Assembly (NCBI GenBank): GCA_964574685.1 | Contig: CAZNOI010000005.1 | Location: 69,875-133,874 of the forward strand | DNA: 64,000 nucleotides | Direction of reading: 5' to 3' | From: an uncultured Dehalococcoidia bacterium | GTDB taxonomy: Bacteria > Chloroflexota > Dehalococcoidia > SZUA-161 | Shown here: one piece after another, positions 1 through 8,317 of the stretch | Layout: every line of letters starts with the position of its first letter | Numbering within the stretch: the stretch's first letter is position 1 | The notes under the pieces: generated by a model | The model's database searches: none | What the model was told of the DNA's origin: nothing | The model's input: only the letters and a program-made list of their open reading frames with translations | Made by a program: the position numbers and the translations under genes

Positions 1-1058
1 TAGCGTTCCACGGGGTATTCGTCCGACAGCCCCATCGCACCGTGGATCTGAATGGCCCTGGATGTCGTCCTGATAGCTGCTTCGGTAGCGTAGGCCTTGG
101 CCATTGAGGATTGCATGCGCGATTTCTGCTCCCTGTCCAGTAGGTCGAGGGCCCGATAGGAGAGGAGACGGCCGGCCTCCGTCTCGGTCACCATATCGAC
201 GAGCATCTTCTGGACAAGCTGGAAACTCCCTATCGGCTTGCCGAACTGCGTCCGTTCCTGCGCGTACTTGATGGAAGCGTCGATTGATGCCCGAGCTATG
301 CCGGTACACATCGCTCCCACCATTGCGCGGGACACATCGAAGAAGCGCATTGTCCTCTTGAACCCGGAGCCGGGGTCCAGGGCAGCCTCCGCCGGCACTG
401 GGCAGTCGTCGAAGGACAGCTCTGCTGTGGGAAAGGCCCGCAGGCCGAGCTTGTGCAACTCCCTGGCCGAGAAGGGGGACTTGTCCCTTTCTACCAGCAG
501 GAATGACATTCCCAGAGCCCCCAATTCCCTGTCGGTTGTGGCCAGGACGAAGGCCGCGTCGGCTATGCTGCCGTTGGAAATCCAGGTCTTGGTCCCGTTG
601 AGGATGAAGCCGTTGCCGTGGGGCCTGGCCAGTGTCTGGATTGCCGCGACGTCGGACCCCACATTGGGCTCCGTAATCGCGATGCAGCCTATGTAGTCGG
701 CAGAGGCGGCCCTGGGTAGCAGCCGCTCCTTCTGCTCCGGCGTGCCGGCCTCGGTCAGAAGCCACCAGAAACCGGCGGCTATGAAGAGTGTTCCTGTGAG
801 GCCTGCCCAGGCCCTTCCCAGCTCCTCCACCAGAATGCCGTTGGTCTTGCTATCGAGTCCGGAGCCTCCGTATTCCTCGGGCAGGAACCCCGTCAGGTAG
901 CCGAACGGCATGAGCTTCCGGATGAGCGCGACCGCGGTCTCCTTGTCCAGCGGCCCCTTCTTCTCCTGCTCGTCGACGAGCGGCACGATCTCCTTGTCCA
1001 GGAAGTTGCGGACATTTGACTTGAGCATCTGCTGCTCTTCTGTCAACTCGAAGTCCAT
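1..1058 (-). CDS. acyl-CoA dehydrogenase (3' end runs off the window)
   Basis: Not in the ORF track. Manual translation from ATG 1058 (RBS GGAGG) gives MDFELTEEQQMLKSNVRNFLDKEI...AITEPNVGSD...LNGTKTWISNG...YAQERTQFGKPIGSFQLVQ...AIQIHGAMGLSDEYPVER, all canonical ACAD motifs. Confidence 0.95.
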   Translation of the reverse strand, partial: MDFELTEEQQMLKSNVRNFLDKEIVPLVDEQEKKGPLDKETAVALIRKLMPFGYLTGFLPEEYGGSGLDSKTNGILVEELGRAWAGLTGTLFIAAGFWWLLTEAGTPEQKERLLPRAASADYIGCIAITEPNVGSDVAAIQTLARPHGNGFILNGTKTWISNGSIADAAFVLATTDRELGALGMSFLLVERDKSPFSARELHKLGLRAFPTAELSFDDCPVPAEAALDPGSGFKRTMRFFDVSRAMVGAMCTGIARASIDASIKYAQERTQFGKPIGSFQLVQKMLVDMVTETEAGRLLSYRALDLLDREQKSRMQSSMAKAYATEAAIRTTSRAIQIHGAMGLSDEYPVER

Positions 1059-1094
1059 GCTCCCTCCTGCTTGCTCAGAAACCGCTGAGCATCG

Positions 1095-2291
1095 CTACTG
1101 TCCCACGATGCAGATGCTGACTACGTTCAGCGGGGGAATGCCGCCCATGTTGTGTGTCAGGCCAAGCTTCGGGTCCTTGATCTGCCTCGGCCCCGCCTTG
1201 CCTTGAAGCTGCTTGTACATCTCGTACATCATCCTCAGTCCTGACGCCCCGATCGGGTGGCCGAAGCATTTCAGTCCACCGTCGGGCTGACACGGGATCT
1301 TGCCGTCGAGGTCGTAGAAGCCTGCCTCTATGTCGTCCTTGGCGCGTCCTCTGGGTGATATACCCAGGTCCTCATATATCGTGAGTTCGGTGATGGAGAA
1401 GCAGTCGTGCACCTCCATCATGCTCAGTTCTTCCCTCGGGTTCTTGATTCCCGCTTCACCGTAGGCGCGCTCGGCTGCCCTGACGGTGGACTCCACGTGA
1501 GCGAAGTCCCATTCGTTGCACATCATCTCCTCGCCTGAGCTTGCGGCGATCTGCAGGGACTTGACGTAGACCGGGTCAGGCCGGAACTTCGTCGCCAGCT
1601 CCGCACGGGTTACGATGGCAGCCGCCGCCCCGTCACTGACGCCGCAGCAATCGAAGAGCCCCAGCGGCCATGCCACTATCGGCGCATTGACGACCTCGTC
1701 GATTGTCACTTCCCGATGGAGATGGGCCTTCGGGTTCATCGCGCCATTGTGGTGGCTCTTGACGGTTATGTGTGCGAGTAGTCGCTTGCCGTCCTGAGGA
1801 CTGAGCCCGTACTGGGAGAAGTAGCGGGTTCCCATCATGGCGAACATACCGGGGGGCGTGTAGTTCGGGAAGGCGAACCTGAGGCCGGTGCCCACCTGCG
1901 TATCCGTCTGAGGAAGACCGCCGTATCCCGTATCCTTGAGCTTCTCCACCCCCAGAGCCAGGCAGATGTCGTATGCTCCCGACGCGACCGCGTAGCAAGC
2001 GCCTCTGAGAGCCTCCGAGCCGGTGGCGCAGAAGTTCTCGACGCGGGTTGCTGGGACGAACGGCAGCTTGAGCGTCACCGCCAGGGGTATGGCGGACTTG
2101 CCGATGGACACCTCCTCGTAGCAGGTGCCCGACCAGCAGGCGTCGATCTCCTTCTTCTCGATACCGGCGTCCTCCATGGCTTCGGCGTAGGCCTCGACCA
2201 TGAGCTTCTGGGCACTCATGTCCCAGCGCTCGCCGAACCTCGTACACCCCATTCCGATTATGGCTACTTTGTCCTTGATTCCCTCTGCCAT
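1095..2291 (-). CDS. thiolase, SCP2/archaeal-type (acetyl-CoA acetyltransferase family)
   Basis: RVENFCATGS (catalytic Cys), EVHDCF, GHPIGASG motifs. Confidence 0.92.
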   Translation of the reverse strand: MAEGIKDKVAIIGMGCTRFGERWDMSAQKLMVEAYAEAMEDAGIEKKEIDACWSGTCYEEVSIGKSAIPLAVTLKLPFVPATRVENFCATGSEALRGACYAVASGAYDICLALGVEKLKDTGYGGLPQTDTQVGTGLRFAFPNYTPPGMFAMMGTRYFSQYGLSPQDGKRLLAHITVKSHHNGAMNPKAHLHREVTIDEVVNAPIVAWPLGLFDCCGVSDGAAAAIVTRAELATKFRPDPVYVKSLQIAASSGEEMMCNEWDFAHVESTVRAAERAYGEAGIKNPREELSMMEVHDCFSITELTIYEDLGISPRGRAKDDIEAGFYDLDGKIPCQPDGGLKCFGHPIGASGLRMMYEMYKQLQGKAGPRQIKDPKLGLTHNMGGIPPLNVVSICIVGQ

Positions 2292-2303
2292 GTTTCCTCC
2301 AAG

Positions 2304-3761
2304 CTAGGCTGAGTCCTGGGCCCGCACGGGCGTCGCCTTCCAGAAGTAGGCGTGGATGCCCCGTTGCGCGTCGTGGTACTTGCGCCTGAAGCTCATCTCC
2401 ACAGGCATCCCGACCTCCAGGGATTCCAGCTCGCAGTCGGTTAGATCGAAGAGCCATCTGCCGCCGCCCTCGAAGTCGACTGTCCCGTAGATGGCCGGCG
2501 GGTTGGGGCTGAATGCGAGGACGTCTCCCGTGTAGGTGAACAGGTGTCCCGGCCTGTCGGAGAAGCGATAGTCCTCATAGCTGCCAATGGCGCCGCACTT
2601 CGGGTTAGCGCATATCTCCTGTGGAGGATACTGCGGGGTGCCGCACGTGCCGCATCTGGAGCCGACGAGTCCCATGATCCATCTCCGTTCTCGCCACAGG
2701 ATGGTCATCTGCGTCGGGGCTACCTCCTCACCGCGGCCGCCTGTATCAATACTCAGCACCTCCCGGAAGGTGCTGTACTTCTCATAGCTTCCGATGTCCT
2801 TCTTCGAGGCCAGATGGGCCTTCATGCCCCTTCGCCGTCGCCTCTTCTCTATCTCCGGCGTGACCTGCAGAAGAACGGCGTCGCTGCCGTTCCCGTGGCT
2901 TGCCACTATGATCCTGTCGCCCGGCTTGGCATCCTCGAGCGCCGCAACCAGCACCTGAAGGGGGTAGGCGGTGCCCGTGTGGCCTATTGTCGCGAACATG
3001 TGGTCCTGAATCTGGCCGGGTTCGAAGCCCAGCTTCTTGCCTATGTCGGCGTGGGCCCGGACATACTGACAGGGATAGGCGACCTTGGCTATGTCCTTCG
3101 GCTGAAGGTTGAGCTTGCTCATGAGGCCGGATATGGCCTCGGGAATGAACCGGCTGTAGCCCTCGTCCCTTATCCACCTGTCTTCCCAGTAGCGGTTGTA
3201 CGTGTCCGTATCGGAGCGCCAGGTGTCCACGAAGTCGTAAGAGACGGAGTAGGTGCCCTCGACGCTGGCAATCACGCTGTCGCGACCCATGAGCAAGGCG
3301 GCGGCCCCGTCCCCGAACATCTCTTCGTAATAGCCGCCCGGTTTCCCGAGCCGACAGTCGGCGGCGCAGACCACTATGCTCTCGGCGGTTCCCGAAGTCA
3401 CCGCATCGTAGGCCGAGATAAGGGCGCCGGTGCCCGCCTTCACCGACGTGGTGAAATCGCTCGTCCTTATGTTCGGAGGAAGGTCTAGCGCGGTGGCGAT
3501 CATGGTAGCGTTCTGCCGTTCTCTGTAGGGAGTGGTCGTGGTGGCGAAGAAGACACCGTCCACCTTCCCACGGTCTATGTCCCTGAGGCAGTCGGCCCCC
3601 GCCGCCGCCGCCATGGTGAGGCTGTCCTCATCGTAGTTGGCGACGCCCTTTTCCCCTGGAAGCAGCGAGGCCGGATTCAGCCACCCCAGCGCGGAGTAGA
3701 TGGTCATACGGTTGATGCGGTACAGTGGCACGTAGGCCCCGTACGAAGTGATTCCTACCAT
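2304..3761 (-). CDS. HMG-CoA-synthase-like domain fused to DUF35 Zn-ribbon/OB-fold domain
   Basis: N-terminal GITSYGAYVPLYRI, DEDSLTMA and FGDGAAA motifs; C-terminal CGTCG...YPPQEICANPKC and EVGMPVEMSFRR...YFWKATP typical of DUF35. Confidence 0.88.
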   Translation of the reverse strand: MVGITSYGAYVPLYRINRMTIYSALGWLNPASLLPGEKGVANYDEDSLTMAAAAGADCLRDIDRGKVDGVFFATTTTPYRERQNATMIATALDLPPNIRTSDFTTSVKAGTGALISAYDAVTSGTAESIVVCAADCRLGKPGGYYEEMFGDGAAALLMGRDSVIASVEGTYSVSYDFVDTWRSDTDTYNRYWEDRWIRDEGYSRFIPEAISGLMSKLNLQPKDIAKVAYPCQYVRAHADIGKKLGFEPGQIQDHMFATIGHTGTAYPLQVLVAALEDAKPGDRIIVASHGNGSDAVLLQVTPEIEKRRRRRGMKAHLASKKDIGSYEKYSTFREVLSIDTGGRGEEVAPTQMTILWRERRWIMGLVGSRCGTCGTPQYPPQEICANPKCGAIGSYEDYRFSDRPGHLFTYTGDVLAFSPNPPAIYGTVDFEGGGRWLFDLTDCELESLEVGMPVEMSFRRKYHDAQRGIHAYFWKATPVRAQDSA

Positions 3762-3794
3762 GTCGAACTCCTTCTGACAGGCAATGCGATGTAA

Positions 3795-3815
3795 GGCGGG
3801 CCTAGGCGGCCCGCC
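3795..3815. other. GC-rich intergenic hairpin (mRNA stability or processing element)
   Basis: GGCGGGCC-TAGGC-GGCCCGCC inverted repeat with no U tract. Confidence 0.4.
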
Positions 3816-3824
3816 GCTGCCTGG

Positions 3825-5417
3825 TTAGTATCTCAGCGATGAACCGTACTTCTCCTTGAGAACGCGCTTGAGCACCTTGCCGGCTGCGTTCCGAGGAAGA
3901 GCTTCCATGAAGTCGACGGATCTGGGCTTCTTGTAGCTGCCCAGGTGCTTCTTGCAGTATTCAATGACCTCCTCGTCGGTCATTGTCTCGCCCGGCTTGC
4001 AGACAACACAGGCTTTCACCGCCTCGCCCCACTCCTCGTCGAACACGCCGATGACCGCGCATTCGAGCACCTTTGCGTTCTTGTACAGCGCCTCTTCGAT
4101 CTCCGCCGGGTAGATATTCTCTCCCCCGCTGATTATCATGTCCTTCTTGCGGTCGACGATGTAGATATAGCCTTCCTCGTCCTGGCGCACCATGTCCGTC
4201 GAGTGGAACCAGCCGCCCCGCATGGCCTCTGCGGTCGCCTCGGGTTCCTTGTAGTACTCCTTCATCACATTCGGACCACGGTAGACCGCCTCACCGACCT
4301 GCCCGAGCGGTACGTCTCGTCCGTCGTCATCCAATACACGGACCTCAATGAATGACAGCGGCTTCCCCACCGATGTCTCTCTGCCTTCGGCTTCGGAGTG
4401 CCGAAGCCCGCAGACCACGGGGCTCATCTCGGTTTGGCCGAAGACATCGAATATTCGCACGTTGGGGAAGTGCTTGACTATCTGCTGCCGGGTAGCCGTG
4501 GGGAGAATGGCCGCACCCGACACCCATACCTTGAGCGAGCTGGTGTCGTACTTGTCCAGATCGGGCAGTTGGAGGAGGAAGTTGGCCATTGCTGGTATCA
4601 GCAGGATCGCGCTAACCTCCTCGCGTTCGATGGTCTGCATGATATCGGTGGGGTCGAATACCTGAGGAGAGAGGATAACCGTAGCACCCGCGAAGAAAGC
4701 GAGCTGTGCGATCCCGAAGCCTGCGAGGTGGAATATCGGTGGCGGTACAAAGCACCTGTAGCTGGAGAGGTCTCCGATTCCCGGTTCCGACATCGCGAAC
4801 ATGCTCACGAGCATCCACATCGTGATCTCGTTCTTGTGGGTGAGCACAGCGCCTTTGGGTCGGCCGGTGGTCCCTGCGGTGTACATGATGAACAGCGGGT
4901 CGTCATCATCGACGAGTACGAGAGGTTCGTCATCCGGGTAACCGGCTATCCAGGTCTCGTAGTGCTTCATGCCTTCGATCGGCTCACCGGTGATCGATAT
5001 GTAATCCCGGACATTCACGAAGTCCTTGCGCATGGGTTCGACCATAGGTAGCAGGGGCTCGCCTACCACAAAGGCCTGCGCATCCGAATGGTTGACAATG
5101 TACACAAGCTCTTCGCCGTGCAGCCTGAAGTTCAGGGGAACAGTAACGCCGCCAATCTTGCCGAGGGCGAAGTATATCTCCAGGAACTCACTGCAGTTGA
5201 ATGACATGACAGCGACCTTGGAGCCTCTCTCGATGCCGAGGTCGAGGAAGGCCTGCGCCAGTTTGTTGACGCGGGAGTTGAATTCCCCGAAGGTCAGGCG
5301 CTGGTCACCGTATACCAGGGCTTCCTTGTCGGGGAACTTGCGAGCGTTGCGGGCGGCGACTTCGCCGAGAAGCAGCCTTCTGCCCAACTCGGACTCGATA
5401 GTATGCCTGTCGTCCAT
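3825..5417 (-). CDS. long-chain acyl-CoA ligase (AMP-binding, FadD/CaiC family)
   Basis: YTAGTTGRPKGA, FGQTE, DRKKDMIISGGENIYP and LPRNAAGKVLK motifs; start moved to ATG 5417 because of the GGGAGGTGG RBS. Confidence 0.93.
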   Translation of the reverse strand: MDDRHTIESELGRRLLLGEVAARNARKFPDKEALVYGDQRLTFGEFNSRVNKLAQAFLDLGIERGSKVAVMSFNCSEFLEIYFALGKIGGVTVPLNFRLHGEELVYIVNHSDAQAFVVGEPLLPMVEPMRKDFVNVRDYISITGEPIEGMKHYETWIAGYPDDEPLVLVDDDDPLFIMYTAGTTGRPKGAVLTHKNEITMWMLVSMFAMSEPGIGDLSSYRCFVPPPIFHLAGFGIAQLAFFAGATVILSPQVFDPTDIMQTIEREEVSAILLIPAMANFLLQLPDLDKYDTSSLKVWVSGAAILPTATRQQIVKHFPNVRIFDVFGQTEMSPVVCGLRHSEAEGRETSVGKPLSFIEVRVLDDDGRDVPLGQVGEAVYRGPNVMKEYYKEPEATAEAMRGGWFHSTDMVRQDEEGYIYIVDRKKDMIISGGENIYPAEIEEALYKNAKVLECAVIGVFDEEWGEAVKACVVCKPGETMTDEEVIEYCKKHLGSYKKPRSVDFMEALPRNAAGKVLKRVLKEKYGSSLRY

Positions 5418-5583
5418 GAACCACCTCCCGGGGCGGCTGCTGGCTGAGAACGCGGGCGTCGCAGGATCCAACTACTGATGTGCGGTCCGAATCTGTCGAC
5501 GAAGCCTCCGAGGTCTCGCGCCGCAGCGGGCGGGCTGTGGACAGGCGAGGCATACTCTGGCGGCCTTCCTCGGAGTGGCCTAA

Positions 5584-5612
5584 TTTCTAGCACAGCGCGA
5601 GTTGGATGTCAA
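5584..5612 (-). promoter_or_regulatory. sigma70-like promoter of the acyl-CoA operon
   Basis: TTGACA-N17-TAGAAA with an upstream TG on the minus strand. Confidence 0.55.
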
Positions 5613-5656
5613 GGTAAGGAAGCAGCAGAAGACGCGATGAGTGCTTCGGTGAGAGA

Positions 5657-7906
5657 CTACCGGACGTCTCGGCTCAGTCTCTTCCTTGCAGCGAAGAGCA
5701 GGACCGCAAGTGGGGCCAGGCCCACGAAGGCAACCGCAGCCGATCCGAGAGGCATGCCGGCGCTCTCGGCGGTCTCACTCACGGCCACGGCGGGCAGGAG
5801 CGCGGCTCTGACTGCCGGTCTGAGTGATGGGTGTTCGTCGATGAAGTGCGCAACGGCGGGGGTCATGCTGTAGTACGTGGTGACGAAGGCGCGCCCGACC
5901 GGGTCGGCTGTCAGGCCGCGGTCGCGGTACAGGCGAAGGGCTTTGACGCTGTCGTCCAGATACGATCCGTAGGCGGATGAAGCTATGAAGCAACCGCCGC
6001 CGCCGCCACCCGATACGTAGGCCGTGGCTTCGTTCGAAGGCGGGGAGTACGTCTCCACCGGGCCAAACCCTTCATCAACATAGTTCCACGCCTTGACCCG
6101 GTAGGTGTATTCAGTGCCCACAACGATGGCGGTATCGTCGTAGCTGATGACATCGGTCCCCACGCGGCCAATCTCGTGGAAGTACCCGGCGCCCCTGTAC
6201 TTGCGTTCGATGGTGAAGCCAAGCTCGTTCTGCGAGTTGTCCACCCATGTCAGCCGTATCTGAGGTTGCGAGAGCCCCGTGGCATTCAGTCCGCTGGGTG
6301 CATCCGGCGGGCTGTCCGAGACCACAATGGCGATGGTTATGTTCGCGCCCTCGGACCAGTCTGAGAGCACGCTGGTATGGGTCGCGCACCTGGCCCTCGC
6401 TCGGACCATATACTCGCCGTCCAGGTTCCACGCATGTGAAGCGGTCCCCGTTGCGGACCAGCCCGAGTAGCTCCCGTCATCCCAATCGAGCTGATACTCG
6501 ACGGAATGCCCGAGGTTCGATTCGGCTCCACCGGTGGAGAAGCTCACCACCTCGCCTATGGAGGCTGTGTCCGGTCCTGTGGGGGCGTCCGGCGTACTGA
6601 CTGTCTCCGTCGGGAGGTCGCGTTCCGCGAAGCCTACGCGCTCCGGGTTGTTGTCCGGGTCATTGAGCATGTCCAGACCCTCCGGATCGGTCTGCGGGAC
6701 GCCGTCATCGATCATCGACTGCCTTATGAGGTAAACGTCATTCTCGTCGATTGTGCCGTCTCCCGTGAAGTCGCGAGTACCTGCCGAGGCTATGTAGAGC
6801 GCAGCAAGGCCCGACGCATGAGCCGACGCCATGCTGGTCCCGTACCTGGTGGAGTAGGTGCCGTTGCGGTCCGTTGAGTATATGCCGATGCCGGGCATCA
6901 TGAGGTCGATGGCCGCGCCGGGCGAAGTCACCGGGTTTCCTGCGACAACGCTGGTGCTGTAGTTGCTGAGCGAGGCGAACGAGTCATCAGGGCCGTGGCT
7001 GGTTGACCCGCCCAGCCCCCCCGGCTGCCCGTCGGAATCGGCCAGGGCGGAGATGGCGGCAACCTCGGGATAGGCGGCGGGCAAGAAATCGTCGCTGGTG
7101 CCGAACGTGCCGTCCGACCCGTATATGTTTGTGTAGTCGTTGCCGGCCGCGGCGAAGTAGACCACCCCGGCGGCAACGCTGTTCTGGAGCGCCTGGCGGA
7201 GCGCCGCGGACGTCCCCTGTCCCTGCAGGCTCATGTTGGCGACTTCTATCGTGTCTGCTCTTGCCGTGATCCAGTCGATCCCGGCTATGAGGTCCGACAC
7301 CATGCCGTCGCCGCTGGAGTCGAGCACGCGTACTGCCCAAAGCCGGGCGCCGGGCGCGACGCCGACGACGCCGATGTCGTTGTCGATAGCGCCTACTATG
7401 CCGGCGACGTGCGTGCCGTGACCGTGCTCGTCGTCGTACCGGTCGTCCTGAGAGCCGTTACTGTAGAAGCGTACGCCTCCAACCACGTTGAGGTCCATGT
7501 GGTCGACGTCAATCCCCGTGTCTACTACCGCGACATCGATGTCAACGCGCTCGTCGACGCCGTCGATGTCGGCGATGACATTCAATTCCGTGTCAATGCG
7601 ATCGATACCGGTGGGAAGGGTCTGGTCCGCGGCCTGCAGCTCGAAGTCCGGCTCGATGAGACGCACGCGCTTGTGGGCTCTGAGCAGTTCAAGGGTGTCC
7701 GGCGTCAACTCCGCCGAGAATCCGCGCACCGCGTGCTTGTAGACATGGGTGACGTCCTTGTTTAGCGCGTAGGCAAGGTCGCAGGCGGCGCGCAGCGAGT
7801 CGGGCTCGTTGTCCAGAATCACGATGTAGCGCTGGGCACCTGCAGGCGGCCCGGAGTCGTACTGTGCATAGGCCGACACAGCCAGGAGGAGTGTGGCCAC
7901 GAGCAC
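5657..7906 (-). CDS. secreted S8 subtilase with I9 propeptide, PKD-like and FN3 domains, and CFI-box C-terminal sorting region
   Basis: Signal peptide; triad VAVVDTGID, HGHGTHVAG, GTSMAS; FN3 (LTWVDNSQNELGFTIER, YTYRVKAWN); GGGGGGCFIASSAYGS followed by a C-terminal TM segment and basic tail. Confidence 0.9.
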   Translation of the reverse strand: MLVATLLLAVSAYAQYDSGPPAGAQRYIVILDNEPDSLRAACDLAYALNKDVTHVYKHAVRGFSAELTPDTLELLRAHKRVRLIEPDFELQAADQTLPTGIDRIDTELNVIADIDGVDERVDIDVAVVDTGIDVDHMDLNVVGGVRFYSNGSQDDRYDDEHGHGTHVAGIVGAIDNDIGVVGVAPGARLWAVRVLDSSGDGMVSDLIAGIDWITARADTIEVANMSLQGQGTSAALRQALQNSVAAGVVYFAAAGNDYTNIYGSDGTFGTSDDFLPAAYPEVAAISALADSDGQPGGLGGSTSHGPDDSFASLSNYSTSVVAGNPVTSPGAAIDLMMPGIGIYSTDRNGTYSTRYGTSMASAHASGLAALYIASAGTRDFTGDGTIDENDVYLIRQSMIDDGVPQTDPEGLDMLNDPDNNPERVGFAERDLPTETVSTPDAPTGPDTASIGEVVSFSTGGAESNLGHSVEYQLDWDDGSYSGWSATGTASHAWNLDGEYMVRARARCATHTSVLSDWSEGANITIAIVVSDSPPDAPSGLNATGLSQPQIRLTWVDNSQNELGFTIERKYRGAGYFHEIGRVGTDVISYDDTAIVVGTEYTYRVKAWNYVDEGFGPVETYSPPSNEATAYVSGGGGGGCFIASSAYGSYLDDSVKALRLYRDRGLTADPVGRAFVTTYYSMTPAVAHFIDEHPSLRPAVRAALLPAVAVSETAESAGMPLGSAAVAFVGLAPLAVLLFAARKRLSRDVR

Positions 7907-8011
7907 CGCACACGCTGTCAGGGAGAGGGTCCTTGTAGTGATTACGACACCTCACCTGGGAGAAGTCACACGGAAGACAGGCGCAGTCCGGACGCGGTAC
8001 TGTGTGTCAGC

Positions 8012-8040
8012 ATGGTAAGTAGCGAAGCCGTCACTGTCAA
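8012..8040 (-). promoter_or_regulatory. sigma70-like promoter of the S8 protease
   Basis: TTGACA-N17-TACCAT on the minus strand. Confidence 0.6.
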
Positions 8041-8317
8041 GGGAGAGCAGTTACTCAATCTTACCTCTTTTCGCGGCGGTAAGGCTGGCTGGAGTCTCGA
8101 CCTACCGTACTATTTTCCCATTCGCTTCGACCTGAAAGGGTCATGCTAGGCTGACGATGGTTATGGTACTGTTCCACTGGGTTAAGCTGGCTGCCGGGGT
8201 ACTATCGTCCCCGGCATGCGCCGGTTTGTCGGCACTACGGAAGGTGAGCAGCGTCGCGAGGCAGGACGCCCCGGACTCACCGGAAGGGCAGCCGTTCCGG
8301 CGGCCTAGGAATCGCAA

